A stretch of 64,000 nucleotides of DNA from the IMG/VR virus record IMGVR_UViG_3300020576_006930, positions 64,001-128,000 of that record; one strand, given 5' to 3'. The notes beneath the pieces are model-generated. The model was not told the DNA's origin and ran no database searches. It saw only the letters and a list, made by a program, of their open reading frames with translations. How positions within the stretch are numbered: the stretch's first letter is position 1; each line of letters starts with the position of its first letter. The stretch is from a virus. Lineage: Duplodnaviria; Caudoviricetes. Shown in pieces: positions 14,122 through 25,197 of this stretch. The position numbers were made by a program, and so were the translations under genes.

Positions 14122-15714
14122 ATGCCATACTGGGAAAAGAAATCCCCCACCTCCAACAAATCGATGGATAACTACTCCACCGCGATTTCTGGACCAGCAA
14201 ATCCTCCGGAGTTTTATGAACTTGAACCCGCGGTAGTTTTAGATGTTATCATCGATAAGAACCACGAGATTTTTAAAAAGGGCAAAACCATTGGGGAAGA
14301 ACCTTGGGCGCCAGATCTTAACGGTCAGGCCGCCCTAAAAACGGATGTAGATTATACCTGGATTGGTCGGGTTCTTGTGCGTCCAGTGACTTCTGGTAAG
14401 CAAATTTCAAAAGAAAAATTGGTGTGGGCCATACCAATGGAATCAAATCTCTCCGAATACCCACTGGTTAATGAATTGGTGATTGTTGGAAAATATTTTG
14501 GAAAATATTATTACTCCAAAAAACTAAACCACTCCAATTTAGTCAATCACAATACGGATTTCTCCAAAGAACCTTACTTGGGCGGCGGAGAAAATACCGA
14601 ACTGGGTACTTCAGATTTATACCAAGGCCCATTATCGAAAACCACTCTTCAATCTGGATTTGGAGAAAAAGGAGTTGCGGGTAGGTATTTTTGGGTAAAC
14701 AAAAACATCCGTGCGTTACGTCGGCATGAAGGCGACCTCATCGTCGAAAGTCGTTTTGGCCAATCCATTAAATTTGCGGGGTATGATGACGAACGAAAGA
14801 ATGATTCGGGGCTTAAGAAAAACAAGGATTATTATGGGCCGGCGAACGGCGCATCGAAGAATCCTGTTAGCCAGGAAATGTCAGGCGGCGGAAATCCGAT
14901 GTTGATCATTCGTAATCGCCAGAGGCCGCTTTTAAAAAATGGCGAAACATTAATCTTAGCTCATAGCCCAAACCCCGGAACCATCCGGGGGACATCAGAA
15001 GAAAAAAACGTTGGTGGTTACGTTTCGGAGGATATCAATCACGACGGTTCTTCTATTCACATAACTTCAGGTCAGACGATTAGTTCCTGGGTGACCACTT
15101 GTTATAAAAAAATGTTTGGTTTGGGGGAGGAAGTTAAAGAGTTTTCTGGAATAACGACATTTACTTACCCCACTTTAGATGGTGATCAAATCGTAATTAA
15201 TTCCGACCGGCTGGTTTTATCGGCTCGTTACGGAGAACAATTTCACTATTCGAAAAAACGATATGCTATCGTCACCGATAACGAATATACCGTTGATGCG
15301 CATCAGCAGGTTGTTATAACCACCAATACCAAAGCGGTGATTAATGCGCCCGCGATTTATTTGGGGGAATACAACCAAACCAATGAACCTGTTTTGCTTG
15401 GCCAAACGTCCGTAAATTGGTTATACGATTTATGCGATTGGTTAAAAGCTCACACTCACTGGTATATTCATTCCCACGTTGATGCGGGCGAACAATCTCC
15501 GTCACAAACCCAATTGCCTGTCCAAATTCAACAATTGATTGCCTTACAGAACCGTCTGGAGAAGTTGTTAAGTCGCAGAGTGTTTGTTACGGGAGGTGGT
15601 TTGGCTCCAGGACAAAACGGAGGTTCAATAACTGATGGTACGGCACCTACCAATATCAATACCACCACCGGCGCTGGAGTTCCGGGAGGTTGGAAAGGCG
15701 CGAACAAGAGATAA
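14122..15714 (+). CDS. Baseplate hub/spike protein (gp5-like)
   Basis: OB-fold-like N-terminus (PLVNELV), EGD..ESRFGQSI, beta-helix, His-rich HTHWYIHSH tip; upstream of gp25/gp6. Confidence 0.7.
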   Translation: MPYWEKKSPTSNKSMDNYSTAISGPANPPEFYELEPAVVLDVIIDKNHEIFKKGKTIGEEPWAPDLNGQAALKTDVDYTWIGRVLVRPVTSGKQISKEKLVWAIPMESNLSEYPLVNELVIVGKYFGKYYYSKKLNHSNLVNHNTDFSKEPYLGGGENTELGTSDLYQGPLSKTTLQSGFGEKGVAGRYFWVNKNIRALRRHEGDLIVESRFGQSIKFAGYDDERKNDSGLKKNKDYYGPANGASKNPVSQEMSGGGNPMLIIRNRQRPLLKNGETLILAHSPNPGTIRGTSEEKNVGGYVSEDINHDGSSIHITSGQTISSWVTTCYKKMFGLGEEVKEFSGITTFTYPTLDGDQIVINSDRLVLSARYGEQFHYSKKRYAIVTDNEYTVDAHQQVVITTNTKAVINAPAIYLGEYNQTNEPVLLGQTSVNWLYDLCDWLKAHTHWYIHSHVDAGEQSPSQTQLPVQIQQLIALQNRLEKLLSRRVFVTGGGLAPGQNGGSITDGTAPTNINTTTGAGVPGGWKGANKR

Positions 15715-15735
15715 CCCCACACTATTTATACACAT

Positions 15736-16305
15736 ATGAAAGCTGATGAACTTATTAAAGCCATACGAAAACTTGTCCGGGACGAAGTTAAAAAAGTTGT
15801 AACGGAAGAAGTGAATAAATCTATGACACGCCTCCTGGCCGAAGTCATTAACCGAAACCCAAATGAAGCTGCGGTAGCTATTAGAGAGGAAGCCCAGCCC
15901 CAGAAAACCTATACCAAGGACAATCGCTTAAATGAAGCTTTAAATTCAACGGTTACCAATCTGCGGCAACGTGAACCGCGTGCTCCGCATACATCTCCTA
16001 TGGTAAGTTTATCGGATATGTTTGATAAAATAGATGCTGGAGAGGATGTTATTACTCAACCAACCCCTTCGCCCATTGATACTTCCACGAAACTTGGAAT
16101 GTTAAAGAGTATTGTTAGTAACGGACCGATTAATCAACAAACTTCGGTCTTGGATCATGTCCACGCCACTCCGATTGCTAATGTGTTTAAAAAAGATTTT
16201 CGGTCTATGATGAAAAAAATCGACGAAAAACAGAAAAAAGGCGGAAGTTTCTTTGCGGGTTCTGTACCTCTGACTCCGACGATGGGTGGTTACGACTCCC
16301 AATAA
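15736..16305 (+). CDS. Hypothetical virion protein
   Basis: ORF in structural operon. Confidence 0.65.
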   Translation: MKADELIKAIRKLVRDEVKKVVTEEVNKSMTRLLAEVINRNPNEAAVAIREEAQPQKTYTKDNRLNEALNSTVTNLRQREPRAPHTSPMVSLSDMFDKIDAGEDVITQPTPSPIDTSTKLGMLKSIVSNGPINQQTSVLDHVHATPIANVFKKDFRSMMKKIDEKQKKGGSFFAGSVPLTPTMGGYDSQ

Positions 16306-16308
16306 TCT

Positions 16309-16725
16309 ATGATTCCGGCCTCCAAAACTCCAATTGGAATAACCATTCCAATAAGAAAGACCGCGTCCTCTTATTTTGATCAAACGTATGATACTTTGGG
16401 GCAGACTAGAGCAAATATCATAAATTTACTGAACACACGTCCTGGCGAGCGTAGAATGCAACCGACGTTTGGGAGCCGGTTGTGGATCCTGGCGTTCGAT
16501 CAGAACACGGAGATGTTGCCAGAAACCGCCCGGCGATTAATTGAAGAAGATATCTCAATGTGGGTTCCTGGAGTAAGCCTTAACTATACGGAGGTTGATC
16601 TTTTAAAAAGCGAACAAAGTCAAGACGACCGGGATATTTATAGATTACACATATCCGTTCAATTTACAATAAATTCAACGAAACAAACCGATACCATCGA
16701 ATTGAATGTGGATAGGGTACAATAA
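16309..16725 (+). CDS. Baseplate wedge protein (gp25/GPW family)
   Basis: NLLNTRPGERRMQPTFGS motif. Confidence 0.9.
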   Translation: MIPASKTPIGITIPIRKTASSYFDQTYDTLGQTRANIINLLNTRPGERRMQPTFGSRLWILAFDQNTEMLPETARRLIEEDISMWVPGVSLNYTEVDLLKSEQSQDDRDIYRLHISVQFTINSTKQTDTIELNVDRVQ

Positions 16726-16730
16726 CTAAT

Positions 16731-18707
16731 ATGTCAGCCACCACCCCCAAGTCATTCCAACCCCAATCTAAAGATGTGCGGTATGTTAATCGTGACTTCC
16801 CTCAGTTGAAGGAAGCCCTTATCCAATTTGCCAAATCTTATTTTCCCAACACCTATAAGGACTTTTCCGATTCTTCTCCAGGAATGATGTTCATTGAACA
16901 AGCGGCTTATGTCGGAGATGTGTTATCCTATTATACGGATTATATTTTCAAAGAATCCCTGATTGGTAATACCCAAGAACGCACTAATATCATCGCCTTG
17001 TCCCGGTACCTGGGTTATAAGGTTAAAGCTAGCCGGGGAGCAACGGCGGAGTTGGATTTATATCAAATAATACCCGCAGTTGAAATTAATGGTGAATATG
17101 TTCCGGATACCAGATTTGCTTTGGAAATCAAGGAGGGGGCACAGGTATCTAATAATGTTGGTTCTGCTTATTTGACAATGTTGCCAGTAAATTTCTCCGT
17201 TAATACTAACATTTCCCCGCGCACCGACTCCGTATACAGCCGCACCGACTCCGGTGTTCCTGAATATTTCCTCTGTAAAAAAAGCGTGCGCATTCGGGCT
17301 GGAAAAATTGTCGTTAAAAGTTTTTCGGTCAATGACCCAAGTTCATTTTTGCGATTATATCTGGATGAAACGAATGTATTGGAAATCCTTGAAGTAAAAG
17401 ACGCAGATAATAACAAATGGTATGAAGTTGATTATTTAGCTCAGGAGGTAGTATTGGATTCCGTGCCCAACGACGAATCCTATGAGGGTTTTTACACAAC
17501 TTACCGTGATCAGGTGCCTTATATTTTACAATATCTCCGAACCTCAAAACGATACACGACAAATGTGGATGAGAACAATCTCACCTATCTTGAATTCGGG
17601 GCTGGTCTGGAGGCGTTTTCCAATGAATTGGTGACGATGAATTCTCAATTGGTGGGCGTGGGTTTGAGTAATATTAATAAATTGAACATTCCCTACGATC
17701 CCTCAAACTTTTTAAAGAATGAAACCTACGGTTTAGCGCCTAACAATACCACCATCACCGTTAAATATTTGGTGGGCGGCGGTTATACGTCTAATGCTAG
17801 CGTCGATGAGATCATAAATATAGACTCTGTGGAATATGATAACTCAACTATTGGTTTGTTGCCGGATCAAATCACTAAAATTGATGATGCGAAGAGTTCG
17901 TTGCGGGTTACGAATCCCGTCCCGGCCACGGGAGGTAAGGATCCTGAAACAAATGACGAGATAAGACAAAACGCATTAGCCTTTTTCGCTGCTCAAAATC
18001 GATCAGTCACCAAAGATGATTACCTTGTGCGGGTTTATTCCATGCCGCCCAAATACGGTTCGCTTGCTAAAGTTCAAGTCGTTACCAATACCAGCCTAGA
18101 CGTCAACGTCAATCAAATTTTAACCGGCACCATCGATGCGAATAATATTGCGCAGGTGACCAACACCGACACCCAAACTTATTTTCGTAAATTGTCTTAT
18201 GACCGGTCCAATCCATTCGCCATCAACCTATACGTTTTATCTTACGATAATAACAAGAATTTAACGCCTGCGAATCAAGCACTGATCAATAATATGATCA
18301 ACTATTTGAAGCAATTTCGCATGATTACGGACGCGATAAATGTTGTGGATGGTTATGTGATAAACATTGGCCTTGAATTTACCATTTCCGTGTTCAAGGG
18401 TTACAATAAAAAAGAGGTTTTGTTGAATGCGATCACCGCGGTTCAGTATTTCTTTAACATTGATAATTGGAACTTTTCCCAAACCATCAATCTAAGCCAA
18501 CTGGAATTGGAAATTGCCAAAACCGATGGCGTTCAGTCGGTGCTTTCATTGGACATTTTCAATCTTAATGCCAACGATGGGAACTATTCCAAAGTTGAGT
18601 ATGATATCAATAGTGCCACCCGCAATAAAATTGTATACCCATCCGTTGACCCGTCTGTTTTTGAAATAAAATATCCCGATCAAGATATTAAAGGGACGGT
18701 GGTGTAA
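16731..18707 (+). CDS. Baseplate wedge protein (gp6-like)
   Basis: RDF..LK..L..F...YFP..Y.DFS..SPGMM, GG.DPET.DEIR..A, QNRSVTKDDY. Confidence 0.9.
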   Translation: MSATTPKSFQPQSKDVRYVNRDFPQLKEALIQFAKSYFPNTYKDFSDSSPGMMFIEQAAYVGDVLSYYTDYIFKESLIGNTQERTNIIALSRYLGYKVKASRGATAELDLYQIIPAVEINGEYVPDTRFALEIKEGAQVSNNVGSAYLTMLPVNFSVNTNISPRTDSVYSRTDSGVPEYFLCKKSVRIRAGKIVVKSFSVNDPSSFLRLYLDETNVLEILEVKDADNNKWYEVDYLAQEVVLDSVPNDESYEGFYTTYRDQVPYILQYLRTSKRYTTNVDENNLTYLEFGAGLEAFSNELVTMNSQLVGVGLSNINKLNIPYDPSNFLKNETYGLAPNNTTITVKYLVGGGYTSNASVDEIINIDSVEYDNSTIGLLPDQITKIDDAKSSLRVTNPVPATGGKDPETNDEIRQNALAFFAAQNRSVTKDDYLVRVYSMPPKYGSLAKVQVVTNTSLDVNVNQILTGTIDANNIAQVTNTDTQTYFRKLSYDRSNPFAINLYVLSYDNNKNLTPANQALINNMINYLKQFRMITDAINVVDGYVINIGLEFTISVFKGYNKKEVLLNAITAVQYFFNIDNWNFSQTINLSQLELEIAKTDGVQSVLSLDIFNLNANDGNYSKVEYDINSATRNKIVYPSVDPSVFEIKYPDQDIKGTVV

Positions 18708-18725
18708 ACCGATTTTAAGTAGATT

Positions 18726-20942
18726 ATGGCACACGTTTTCTATCCCAGAGTAGCGGATACTTACATCCGCGTAGTCAGCGGTTCTACCTTGAATGAATTT
18801 CACGTTGGGACTGGGGATAATTTTATTTTTTATTTGACGGGTTCGAATTTTGGGACAGCCTCATTGACGGCTAGCTATGCCATCTCCTCTTCCTATGCGC
18901 CAGGTTCTCCAAGTGTCAGTGCTTCTTATGCGTTAACCGCTTCCTACGCATTAAACGGAGGTAGTGTTGGATCAACTGCTAGCGCAGTCACCATTGCGGA
19001 TATCGGTAATCCCAACACCGAATACGGCGTCGTGTTCGACGCCGGTACGGGGATAAATTTAGCGAGAAATGGCGGCGGAACCAGTCTTTTTTCATTTAAC
19101 CCATCCACCGGTTCATTTAAAGCCGTAGTTTTCGTTGGCGATTTAACAGGGACCGCCAACGCAGCATCAACGGCATCTTATGCGTTGACCGCATCTTATG
19201 CGTTAAATGGTGGTGGTTCCGGCACAACTTTAAGTACCAGCAGTCTATATCCGGTAACTTCTTCCTGGGCTAAGACTTCAAGCGCAGTTACCGTGGTGGA
19301 TATAGGCAACCCCAACACTGAATACGGCGTCGTTTTCCTCAGCGATGGCAGTAACTTAGTGCGCAACGGCGGTGGGACCAGCCTATTTGCGTTTAATCCT
19401 TCCACCGGTTCATTTAAAGCCCTGGTTTTCATTGGTGACTTAACTGGCTCAGCCGCTAATGCGATATCAGCTTCGTATGCTTTAAGCGCAAGCTATGCGC
19501 TTTCAGCTTCGTATGCTTTAAGCGCAAGCTATGCGCGGACCGCTTCCTATGCGTTTACTTCCAGTTTTTCATTCACTTCCATTTCATCCGCCTTTGCGGA
19601 CTATTCCATCCAATCTTTAACAGCGTCTTATGCGCTTAATGGTGGAGCCGGAGGAACTTCAAGTTTTAGTATTTCGTCCAGTTGGGCCAGTCAATCCGCT
19701 TTTGCGCCGGTTATTTTTAGCAATGTCCAAGTTATTAATGGCCAGTTATTGATACTGAGCACCGACACCAATACTTGGTATTCGCTCGGCGTCAGTGATG
19801 ACGGGTCCGGTTCCTATACGACCAATCTAACCCCGACCACTAACACGGGTAGTTATTACGCCAGCGGCAGTTTTTATTACGCAACTATTACCAGTTCCGT
19901 GTCGGCTTCGTGGGCCACCGCTTCCATTAGCGCATCCTATGCTCGGACGGCGAGTTATGCGCTAAATGGGGGTTCAGGAGGCTCAACGATTTCGGCGTCC
20001 TGGGCTTCTAGTTCTTTAAGTTCCAGTTATGTTTTGCCCTATCAAAACTATACCGTCACGCCGACGGGTTCAGGAAATTGGATCACTTGTAGTTTTTCTC
20101 TGTCCAATCAACAAGTCAATCTGACTACGGCGTTGGTTTACAACTTTACTCATAGTAATTTACCAAGTTCCGGCCAAATTGCCGATCTAGCGGTTTTCAT
20201 AAGTCATTCCGCTAATAATACCAGCTCCTTGATCTTTCCTCCACAATGGAGAAATATTGGTTCGGGCTGGCCGACGACAATCGCCGCAAATACGGTCGGC
20301 GTGGTTTGGTTGCGGGCGATTGACACCAATGTTATTGTTGGAACTTACGGAGTATCCGGCAGCTCAGCTTCAGTAAACTCAGGTTCCGGAACTACTTTGA
20401 CCACGGGAAGTTTATACTCAATTACGGCTTCTTGGGCAATCAATTCAAATAGTTCTAGTTATTTAAATGCCTATCAAAATTTAGTGACGGTGGCGACCAG
20501 TTCTTTGAACTGGATAACTTGTAGCTTTTTATATCCCAGTCAACAAATCAGTCTTTCCGTTGCGCAAGTTTATAATTTTACGGCTAGTGGGCTGTCTAAT
20601 TCCGGACAAGTGTCTGATATTGCTTTGTTTATTAATCATTCGGCCGCTGGGTCTAGTTCTTTAGCCTTCCCCAACAACTGGAAAAATATCGGCGGGGGCT
20701 GGCCAAATACGATTTCCTCTAATACCGTCGGGGTTTTATGGTTACGTTCGTTGGACGCAAACACCATTATCGGATCGTTTAATGTGTCGGGAAGCATAAG
20801 TACTTCCGCAAGTTATGCGTTAAGTGCGTCGTATGCTCCCGGTGCGCCTAGTCTTTCCGCATCTTATGCGTTAACCTCCTCCTATGTATTGTCAACGAAC
20901 ACTTTGAAAAATTTTTCCGTGGCTATGGCGATTGCTCTATGA
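18726..20942 (+). CDS. Tail fibre protein with ASYA repeats
   Basis: SASYAL repeats, two internal domain duplications, C-terminal AMAIAL. Confidence 0.7.
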   Translation: MAHVFYPRVADTYIRVVSGSTLNEFHVGTGDNFIFYLTGSNFGTASLTASYAISSSYAPGSPSVSASYALTASYALNGGSVGSTASAVTIADIGNPNTEYGVVFDAGTGINLARNGGGTSLFSFNPSTGSFKAVVFVGDLTGTANAASTASYALTASYALNGGGSGTTLSTSSLYPVTSSWAKTSSAVTVVDIGNPNTEYGVVFLSDGSNLVRNGGGTSLFAFNPSTGSFKALVFIGDLTGSAANAISASYALSASYALSASYALSASYARTASYAFTSSFSFTSISSAFADYSIQSLTASYALNGGAGGTSSFSISSSWASQSAFAPVIFSNVQVINGQLLILSTDTNTWYSLGVSDDGSGSYTTNLTPTTNTGSYYASGSFYYATITSSVSASWATASISASYARTASYALNGGSGGSTISASWASSSLSSSYVLPYQNYTVTPTGSGNWITCSFSLSNQQVNLTTALVYNFTHSNLPSSGQIADLAVFISHSANNTSSLIFPPQWRNIGSGWPTTIAANTVGVVWLRAIDTNVIVGTYGVSGSSASVNSGSGTTLTTGSLYSITASWAINSNSSSYLNAYQNLVTVATSSLNWITCSFLYPSQQISLSVAQVYNFTASGLSNSGQVSDIALFINHSAAGSSSLAFPNNWKNIGGGWPNTISSNTVGVLWLRSLDANTIIGSFNVSGSISTSASYALSASYAPGAPSLSASYALTSSYVLSTNTLKNFSVAMAIAL
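19467..19536 (+). repeat. 36-nt period tandem repeat
   Basis: TCAGCTTCGTATGCTTTAAGCGCAAGCTATGCGC repeated twice, encoding SASYALSASYAL. Confidence 0.9.
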
Positions 20943-20985
20943 CATTCTTCATATTTATATCCCAATCATTCTATTTATCTGTACA

Positions 20986-21552
20986 ATGAAACAACTCATT
21001 CCTAACTATACCTTTAATGCGGCTACCAATCAAGTGACGCTAACGGACTACCCAACCTTGGATTTGGAACGTTTATTGTTGATTACCAACGTCACCGATA
21101 ACATATTTTTATATAATTTTGCCGACCCAACCATTGGGGCAACGGTTGCGGGTAATACCATCACTTTAGCCTATAACACCACGGCAATGAGTGATACGGA
21201 CAAACTTCAGATTTTTTACGATGTGGCAAGTAATGCGCCGGCGTCGGAAGAAAGTTTACAATTATTGAAGGAGCAGGTTATTTTAACCCGCAAACTACTC
21301 AAAACCACCGAATGTTTGGCTACGGTCGATCTTAACCAGAGGATGAAGGTAGACCTGGACGGTTACCAAGGCGCAACTTTAACCGCGACGGGTTTAACGA
21401 CTCGGGTTTTGGATTCTGGCGGCTCGACGATGTATACTATCAATGGATCGACTTTGACTCTATTGTCAGCTATTCCAGAGTTATGGCGAACGATTGATCA
21501 AGCACGCATTTCTTACAATTCTGGTATCCGGGCAAATTTAACGTTTTCATAA
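20986..21552 (+). CDS. Tail/baseplate-associated structural protein
   Basis: YTFNA..LLLITNVTDN..YNFADP..D.LQIFYD motif typical of T4-like tail proteins. Confidence 0.7.
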   Translation: MKQLIPNYTFNAATNQVTLTDYPTLDLERLLLITNVTDNIFLYNFADPTIGATVAGNTITLAYNTTAMSDTDKLQIFYDVASNAPASEESLQLLKEQVILTRKLLKTTECLATVDLNQRMKVDLDGYQGATLTATGLTTRVLDSGGSTMYTINGSTLTLLSAIPELWRTIDQARISYNSGIRANLTFS

Positions 21553-21555
21553 TCT

Positions 21556-23964
21556 ATGGCTTTAACCAATACACTAAAACAAAAAGTTGATCTTCCAGTA
21601 TGGGAGTGGATGCGCCCTTGCCCTATCGCCACTGCCGCTGGCGGAACGCTTACAACAGCGGATGACGGTGCCCACCGTTATCTATATTATTTGGGCGCGA
21701 CTTTCTATCGTTACGACACCATATCCGATTCTTGGAATCAACTAACCACTCCACCCGTAGCTAACAGCGGTATCGCATCCATTAAATACACGGGGTATCG
21801 TGGTTATTATGGCCGCGCCATCTCTGCGCCCAGCGCTAATACTTTGCGCATCGCGGGATTATATGGCAAAGCCTTGTCCGGTTATCGCATTCGGATTATT
21901 AGCGGCACTGGCGCTGGTCAGGAACGAACGATAACTGATGTCGCTGATCCTATTATTTGGGAGCGGGGGGTAGTAACGGCGGTTTCAACGACCACCCCGT
22001 TGTCTCTGTCGGATAGCACCAAAACCTGGGCCTTTAATCGTTATCGGGATTATCAAGTACGCATTGTATTGGGAACAGGAGTAGCCACCCGACAAACTTT
22101 TAAAATTCAGTATAACAGCAATAACACCGTTTATGTCGCGGATGGTAACTATCAGGGTCTTGAACCGTTCGTGGGCGCATGGTATCGTGCGTGGACAACC
22201 AGTCCTGTTACGACTGGTGGTTCTCAGACTATTTTTCAGATTGAATCCAATGATATTACGGTTAATTCCAATTGGGATATTTTACCAAATAATACCTCAC
22301 GTTTTGTTGTCCTGAGCGGAGGGATATGGGCTTTGACCGGTGGCACGAACTTTGTGTTGATGTACTATGACATTCTGTCTGACGCATGGTATAGTAAAAC
22401 CTCCCAAGGCGCAACCGGGATTGGGCCAAGCGCAGCTTTAGCCACCGATGTAGTCTTAGAGAAGTTGGGTGAATACGCCGGCGCATTTTGGTCCGGATCA
22501 GCCACCAGTGGCAGTTTACGCAATTTAACCGATGCGACTTTGAATTTGTCAGAAAATCAATATGTCAATTACCGTGTTCGAATAACAAGTGGTTCCGGCT
22601 GGGGTCAGGAACGAACAATTATATCCAGCAGTGTCAATACTTTAACGGTTGCTCCGCCATTTTCGATTTCGCCACTATCTTCATCACAATACAAAATTTA
22701 CGGTGACACAGATAAGTTGTTATGGACCGGTGACGGTAAAGCATCTCTCTACAAATATTCTGCCGAAGCAGATATTCACGTTCAGTCAGATATCTTAGAT
22801 TACGGTTGCCCCGCTCAGTATTGTTTTACTTGGGCTGGGATGCCAACTGCTGCGCAACCAATTTCATCCATTACCAGGGTGGGAACTTTAGCGCAAGTCA
22901 CGACCTCCTATAACCACTGCCTATCTGCGAGTAATGTAGTTCAGATTTACGGAGCAAGCGATCCGCTTTACAACATTTCCGCTAGCGTCACTTCCGTCCC
23001 AACGCTTACTGGATTTACTTATGTTATGGCTGGTACTCCAGGTTCTAATGCGACGACGGCTATACCCGCGCTTTCCATTAACAATCTATCAGATCCCAGT
23101 AAAAACTGGATTACTAATGAACATAGTGGTAGCATTTGTATTTATCAAAGCGCAACCGTAGGCACATATAACCCTGTGTTTCGTGCGTTTCGCATTCAAA
23201 ATAATACTTCCCAGTCATTGACTCTCTTTTCATCCTCCGCTGCCCCAATTATCGGAGGAAAATACGCGATTTGTTCCCAACAAGCCTTTGGCACATATTA
23301 TTCCGCGTCTGTTCCTGTAATGGGCAGCGCCACAACTCTTGGATCGACCACAACAATTGTGGATAGCACTAAAACTTGGCCGGTTAATATTTTTGCGGGA
23401 TATCGTGTCAAAGTAATGGCCGGCGCCGGCCATGGCTCAGAAGTAGCCATCACCTCTAACACGGCTACAACTTTAACGGTCGGCACATTATTAGCCGCTT
23501 CCGATACTAGTTCAATGTATTGTGTCCTGGGATCTCCGGTTAAAGGATTATCCCACGGTTTACTTTGGGCCGGGTCTACTTCCGGATCATTATATTCCGG
23601 CTACGAAAAATATCTATACTCACCGGTCGGCGGCGCCTCTTCCCAATTGACAAGGTTTAACCTTCAAACGGATCAGTGGGAACTTATTGAGTGGTATCCA
23701 TTTATGGAAACCCTAACCACTGGCACTTGTTATGCTTACGACGGAACCAATGATATTTATTTCCAAAAGGATAATACTGGAAGAATTTATCGTTTGGATG
23801 TCGCAACCTTGGTGGTTGAACCCGCAGCGACGATCCCTTACGGCCATAGCACCGTGCTTCTGGGTAATCGTATGGAAATCATTCAAACCGAAGACGATCT
23901 CAAATACTTATACATTATGCGTAACACGGGTCAGGAGATGTGGCGCACGCTTTTGTTTTGGTAA
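21556..23964 (+). CDS. Structural protein with beta-propeller and repeated beta domains
   Basis: Kelch-like ends; repeats of D.TK.W..N.Y..Y.VRI..G.G.GQ.R.I..N. Confidence 0.7.
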   Translation: MALTNTLKQKVDLPVWEWMRPCPIATAAGGTLTTADDGAHRYLYYLGATFYRYDTISDSWNQLTTPPVANSGIASIKYTGYRGYYGRAISAPSANTLRIAGLYGKALSGYRIRIISGTGAGQERTITDVADPIIWERGVVTAVSTTTPLSLSDSTKTWAFNRYRDYQVRIVLGTGVATRQTFKIQYNSNNTVYVADGNYQGLEPFVGAWYRAWTTSPVTTGGSQTIFQIESNDITVNSNWDILPNNTSRFVVLSGGIWALTGGTNFVLMYYDILSDAWYSKTSQGATGIGPSAALATDVVLEKLGEYAGAFWSGSATSGSLRNLTDATLNLSENQYVNYRVRITSGSGWGQERTIISSSVNTLTVAPPFSISPLSSSQYKIYGDTDKLLWTGDGKASLYKYSAEADIHVQSDILDYGCPAQYCFTWAGMPTAAQPISSITRVGTLAQVTTSYNHCLSASNVVQIYGASDPLYNISASVTSVPTLTGFTYVMAGTPGSNATTAIPALSINNLSDPSKNWITNEHSGSICIYQSATVGTYNPVFRAFRIQNNTSQSLTLFSSSAAPIIGGKYAICSQQAFGTYYSASVPVMGSATTLGSTTTIVDSTKTWPVNIFAGYRVKVMAGAGHGSEVAITSNTATTLTVGTLLAASDTSSMYCVLGSPVKGLSHGLLWAGSTSGSLYSGYEKYLYSPVGGASSQLTRFNLQTDQWELIEWYPFMETLTTGTCYAYDGTNDIYFQKDNTGRIYRLDVATLVVEPAATIPYGHSTVLLGNRMEIIQTEDDLKYLYIMRNTGQEMWRTLLFW

Positions 23965-23982
23965 AGAAAATTCAATACATAT

Positions 23983-25197
23983 ATGAATATGACACGCAAA
24001 CTTTTAATTGGTTTTTTAATCTGGAGTATGACTCTGACAATGTTCGGCGCAACCGTATCTCTGATCTACGATTCTGTCACGGGAACAATATTGAGTCGCA
24101 AAGAGTTGATTTTTCCGTCCAATGCGACTTTTAACGCGCAGGTATCCATTTATAGCCAAACCAACTCCATTTTAAATGTGGGCATCCTGAACCTAACTAA
24201 TAGTCTAATCGTTAATGGTTCAGGTGTACTATCCCAACTTGCAGTCGGGGCAACCAACGCTTCCGGCGGAACCAATATTCTTGAGCTTTTGTATAATGGG
24301 GTGAAGTTGGGGCGTTTCGGAACAAATGGGATTTGGTATGGTAATTTCGCCGGGGCGACCAATCTGCCCATAAGCGCATTTTGGGGCTCGGGTGGCACGA
24401 ACACGGCAAATACAAACGGTACATTAGGACAAGCTCTGTTTAGTTCCGGCAATGGCGGTGTATATTTCGGAGCAAGTCAGACACCAGGTGTTTTGTTTGG
24501 TGACCGGGCCGTCTGGAATGGGACGGCGTGGGAAGACGACTCACGATGGACGCATTTTGAGAATGAGTTTTTTCTTGCGCAATCCGTTGGCTACCCAATG
24601 GCAGTTTTCGGTACCGGAACTGGGGCTGGGGTAAGCAGCGTAGATACGACGAGCAATCGCCTCGGCGTGGTTACTCTGTCGCCCGGAACAACTGCCAATG
24701 GCTATTATGGTGAGTGTATTGGCAGCGCAGCCATTCGAGCGTTTACCTGGGGACAAGGTGAAAAGATGATCACCGATCTGACTTGTTATGTGGACACCTT
24801 ATCCGACGATACAGAGAATTATTGTTTTCAATTTGGTTATAGCGATTCACAAACCACAAATAATCCAGCGGATACCTTGCTTGTACAATACTCTAACAAT
24901 ACCAACGCGGGGAAATGGGAAATTATGTCACGCAATTCTACAGGCAGCACAAATGTTTACGATATCGGCACGAATGTCGTCGCTAGACGTTGGTATGACA
25001 TTCGTCTTGTTACCGACACGGATGGCACAAGTTCTGCTTACCTGGACGGTGTTCTGGTTAAGTCTGGTATTCCCGCCACGTCAGGTCAAGTCATTCCGAT
25101 GTTTAGGGTAAATAAAGCCGCGGGGCTACTAGATCGGCCGATCCGGTTGGATTATTATCGTTGGTCTATCAAGCGGGCGACTACCAAATATCAATGA
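23983..25197 (+). CDS. Signal-peptide protein, fibre-like N-part and lectin-like C-terminal domain
   Basis: MTRKLLIGFLIWSMTLTMFGA signal; beta-rich C-terminus. Confidence 0.7.
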   Translation: MNMTRKLLIGFLIWSMTLTMFGATVSLIYDSVTGTILSRKELIFPSNATFNAQVSIYSQTNSILNVGILNLTNSLIVNGSGVLSQLAVGATNASGGTNILELLYNGVKLGRFGTNGIWYGNFAGATNLPISAFWGSGGTNTANTNGTLGQALFSSGNGGVYFGASQTPGVLFGDRAVWNGTAWEDDSRWTHFENEFFLAQSVGYPMAVFGTGTGAGVSSVDTTSNRLGVVTLSPGTTANGYYGECIGSAAIRAFTWGQGEKMITDLTCYVDTLSDDTENYCFQFGYSDSQTTNNPADTLLVQYSNNTNAGKWEIMSRNSTGSTNVYDIGTNVVARRWYDIRLVTDTDGTSSAYLDGVLVKSGIPATSGQVIPMFRVNKAAGLLDRPIRLDYYRWSIKRATTKYQ

